This document shows, in pieces, positions 61,227 to 64,000 of a stretch of DNA of 64,000 nt. The translations under genes and the position numbers were made by a program. The notes under the pieces were generated by a model. That model was not told the origin of the DNA, searched no databases, and worked only from the letters and a program-made list of their open reading frames with translations. The stretch's first letter is position 1, and every line of letters starts with the position of its first letter. This stretch comes from Candidatus Heimdallarchaeota archaeon (GTDB lineage: Archaea; Asgardarchaeota; Heimdallarchaeia; JABLTI01): assembly GCA_019058275.1 (NCBI GenBank), contig JAHLVW010000066.1:1-64000 (forward strand). The letters run 5' to 3'.

Positions 61227-62390
61227 ATGTTAAAGACAATGAAAAGAATAATTAGGAGAAGGAAAGGTGTCAGTCCAGTATTTTCAGCAATCCTACTCAT
61301 TGCTCTAACAGTTAGTTCTGTATCGATTGTTTATTTTGTAATAATACCTTTCTTAAATACAACTAGTCTTTCTGCTTCAATCTATAATATAAAGGATACA
61401 AACAAAGATTCACGTTATGATGAAATAACAATATTCTTTTCAAATACTGGAACAAAAGAAGTGGAAATTATTGATGTTATTGTTTGGACAACTCCTCTTA
61501 GCTCAATTGGTAACCCTTCTAGTTGGATAAGTCATGAGGATTGGAACTTCACTCGAGCAGCAGGGAATATTGTCTATCCTTCTAATTTTAGGGAGGAAAG
61601 ATTACAAAGTGATAATCAAATTGAATTATCACTCGATGAGGAATTATATTATCGTTTGGAGCTTTATTCTATTGGCAAAGAAGGTGCTTATTTCAGTGAT
61701 TGGAAAACACTAAGCGATCAAGTTGACTTCAGCGATATGATATCTGATTATGAGAATTTTGAATTATTATTAGATGGTTTAGATGGATCTATTGATGTTC
61801 CAGGATGGGATACAAACAATTATGAAACTATTGGAGGTCCAGTTTATGGACCATTATATGCTGGACAATATATCTATCTCCCAGTAATAAATGAAACGAA
61901 TTACATCAAATTCTTCTATACAGGGAAGCTTGTTGTTTTTCATTCAAATAATGGAAATCTGTCTTCTCAGCCTACACAACAAGTAATCAGTCGAGAGAAT
62001 AATCCTTTCAGAGCTAGAAGGTTATTTGTTCTTGGCTTGGCTGGTTCTTGGGGTGATGAATTTCCAAATAGTGCATGGGCTTTGAGACTTACGATTACGT
62101 ATACAGATAACACAAATACTAGTTGGGATTTAGGTCATGATTATATAGATGATTGGTGGTATAACTCAAATAGTCCTAGGAGATGCAATTGCGATCATGA
62201 CATAATTACTGAAATAGATTTAGGACTACAAATCGATGATCCAAATGGTAATCAACCATATGGAGAACATATTCACACACATACTGCAGGTTTCTATTTG
62301 AACTTCTACAAATATGTAAAATTTATAACTTTTACAGATCCTGGAAATGATGCCTCAGGACCACACCTGCTTTCCATAACTGCTGGATAA
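61227..62390 (+). CDS. Archaeal type IV pilin-like protein, paralog
   Basis: RRKG/VSPVFSAILLIALTV; shares GLAGSWGDEFPN, LGH.Y.DDWWY, HIHTHT with upstream gene. Confidence 0.8.
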   Translation: MLKTMKRIIRRRKGVSPVFSAILLIALTVSSVSIVYFVIIPFLNTTSLSASIYNIKDTNKDSRYDEITIFFSNTGTKEVEIIDVIVWTTPLSSIGNPSSWISHEDWNFTRAAGNIVYPSNFREERLQSDNQIELSLDEELYYRLELYSIGKEGAYFSDWKTLSDQVDFSDMISDYENFELLLDGLDGSIDVPGWDTNNYETIGGPVYGPLYAGQYIYLPVINETNYIKFFYTGKLVVFHSNNGNLSSQPTQQVISRENNPFRARRLFVLGLAGSWGDEFPNSAWALRLTITYTDNTNTSWDLGHDYIDDWWYNSNSPRRCNCDHDIITEIDLGLQIDDPNGNQPYGEHIHTHTAGFYLNFYKYVKFITFTDPGNDASGPHLLSITAG

Positions 62391-62420
62391 TTATACAAGA
62401 GAATCACAAAATTTTCTTTC

Positions 62421-63203
62421 TCATTTATTTTTCAATAGAATTTCAAGAAATCTTGGTTTAGGTTTGTTTAGAAGTTCTAATACTTTCAAATCCGCTTCTA
62501 TAGCATCATTTGCTATAAGTATCTTTCCCCATTTCTTAGCTTCTCCTTCTTCTGCTCCACCTATTAGAATATTTATTCCATCACAAATGTGCAAATCAAA
62601 AGGAGCATATTTCTGAACTGCTAGAAATATCTCTGCAACTGATTTATGTAAGTCTTCATGTAGCCTATCACGTTGGTATGAATTTTCAGTCGATTGATAT
62701 TTTTCTTTTGGAGGTAAACCGAAGAAATTTTTTATTGCATTAGAAAGAAATATGTTTCCTTCTTCATCATCATAGAATTTTATTACTGGCATTGATATTT
62801 TGATGTCAATTTGTGACAAAAACTTTGGAATATAATGGATTGCTCCATCTGATAATTTCACAGAAATGCTTTCTTTTTCATCTAAATCAATAAAAGTGAC
62901 TTTTAGTTTTTTCAAAGCATCTTTTAATCCAGTTTCTTTGAAGTTTTGCAAAGCTGAAGAATAACTAGTTGAACCTTCGCCAATAATTATTTCTTTCAAT
63001 TCTAAATGCTGAGCTACTTCAACAACACTCTTTATGAGGTCAATAGATGTAGTAAAAGGTGCGGGTTTTGGATAACCCATATTTGGTTTTAGAAAAATCT
63101 TCTTGGTATCTAGTTCATTATGTTTGCAATTATCCTCAAACCATTTGTATAAGATTTCTACTAAATCATCTAAGTTATCAAGAACTGAAAGCAAAAGTAT
63201 CAA
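62421..63203 (-). CDS. DUF362 domain protein
   Basis: IFLKPN, TT, IGEGS, ISMPVIK, AIKNFFG, ICDG. Confidence 0.75.
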   Translation of the reverse strand: MILLLSVLDNLDDLVEILYKWFEDNCKHNELDTKKIFLKPNMGYPKPAPFTTSIDLIKSVVEVAQHLELKEIIIGEGSTSYSSALQNFKETGLKDALKKLKVTFIDLDEKESISVKLSDGAIHYIPKFLSQIDIKISMPVIKFYDDEEGNIFLSNAIKNFFGLPPKEKYQSTENSYQRDRLHEDLHKSVAEIFLAVQKYAPFDLHICDGINILIGGAEEGEAKKWGKILIANDAIEADLKVLELLNKPKPRFLEILLKNK

Positions 63204-63213
63204 CCCTAGTAAT

Positions 63214-64000
63214 TTATTTTAGCTGTTTCTGAATTTCAAAATCAAGCATTTCTAGAAATTTCTTCCATTTAGTTTTGCGAACAGTAGCACCAGATGCAGA
63301 AGGATGACCTCCTCCACTACCACCAACTTCTTTGGCTGCTCTTCTAGTAGCAACATTCAAATCAATTCCCTCAATACGTCTTCTAATGGAAATTGATATT
63401 TTTGCTCCTATAGAATTTCCACAAACACCAATTGGTTTATCTGTAGCTGTTGCAGCAAAAAGTGCTCCTTTCCCTACAAATCCTCCTCCGGTTGGTATAT
63501 CAAGAATGTACCCAATATTTTGTTTAGCTTTTGCATTCTCATGAACATATTCTCTTACTAATTTCTCAACTTGACTTCCTCTAAGTGCTCTATCTACAAG
63601 ATTGTTAAGCTCACTTGGTAATACACCTAAAGCCATTCTTTCAATGATACTTTTCTTCATTTGTAAATCATCAGCAGTTGGGATTTCTCCTAATGCTTGA
63701 ACGATTATTGCTGCTTGAAATGAAATACTTCTTGCATCATAATCTCTTAACACTTCTTGAGCGAAAACGCTCTTCATTTCATAATCACCAACTGCGCCAA
63801 TAGCAGCTAGAAGCTTATGCTTCCAATTCAACTTCTTTTCAAAATGCAAATATGTTAGTTCTGCAGAGCAACCATTTGTTCGATGAATTACTATTGAAGC
63901 AGGTATATTCTTCTCTTTTAGCCCTTCAGGTAAAGGATGATGATCGATGTAAATTATTTCCGAACCTTGACTTTTCAATCGCTTCATTTCTTGGAAAGTT
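63214..64000 (-). CDS. DHH-family phosphoesterase with DHHA1 domain; N-terminus outside window
   Basis: YIDHH, GAVGD, GGSGGGHPSASG. Confidence 0.85.
   Translation of the reverse strand, partial: TFQEMKRLKSQGSEIIYIDHHPLPEGLKEKNIPASIVIHRTNGCSAELTYLHFEKKLNWKHKLLAAIGAVGDYEMKSVFAQEVLRDYDARSISFQAAIIVQALGEIPTADDLQMKKSIIERMALGVLPSELNNLVDRALRGSQVEKLVREYVHENAKAKQNIGYILDIPTGGGFVGKGALFAATATDKPIGVCGNSIGAKISISIRRRIEGIDLNVATRRAAKEVGGSGGGHPSASGATVRKTKWKKFLEMLDFEIQKQLK

Noticed and set aside
1-64000. CRISPR array, rRNA, transposase, integrase, provirus; numerous short antisense ORFs
   Set aside because: No regularly spaced repeats, rRNA-like tracts or recombinase/capsid motifs were recognised; the short ORFs are shadows of well-supported genes.

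Overview
AT-rich archaeal chromosomal segment, most likely from an Asgard archaeon (Heimdallarchaeia-like; inferred from gene content). Archaeal housekeeping genes include rpoD-rpl18e-rpl13-rps9, rpoK, rpl13e, rps17e, alba, truD, pth2, nadM, rtcA, NOG1 and a geranylgeranyl reductase. Eukaryotic-signature genes are a stand-alone ESCRT-II Vps22/36 (EAP30) homolog, two tandem Rab-like GTPases, two tandem OSTC/DC2-like (OST3/6 family) genes and a possible p24/GOLD-like protein. There is a divergent formylmethanofuran dehydrogenase cluster (fwdBD / fwdG,F,A,C) and two ATP-grasp ligases of the methanofuran/methanopterin type. An accessory region (about 27-40 kb) ends at a tRNA-Ile(GAU) gene with two introns (37/38 and 53/54) and contains two displaced tRNA 3'-end fragments that look like integration scars. 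Signals the ORF track misses: a box C/D sRNA, a neutral ceramidase split at an in-phase G_GGU_UUU slippery site, a probable AUU start for fwdA, a possible Rpb5-jaw-like stand-alone protein, and a shared palindromic upstream motif. Four genes are interrupted. No CRISPR array, rRNA, integrase or transposase was recognised. All calls come from motif reading and recalled family knowledge, not database searches.
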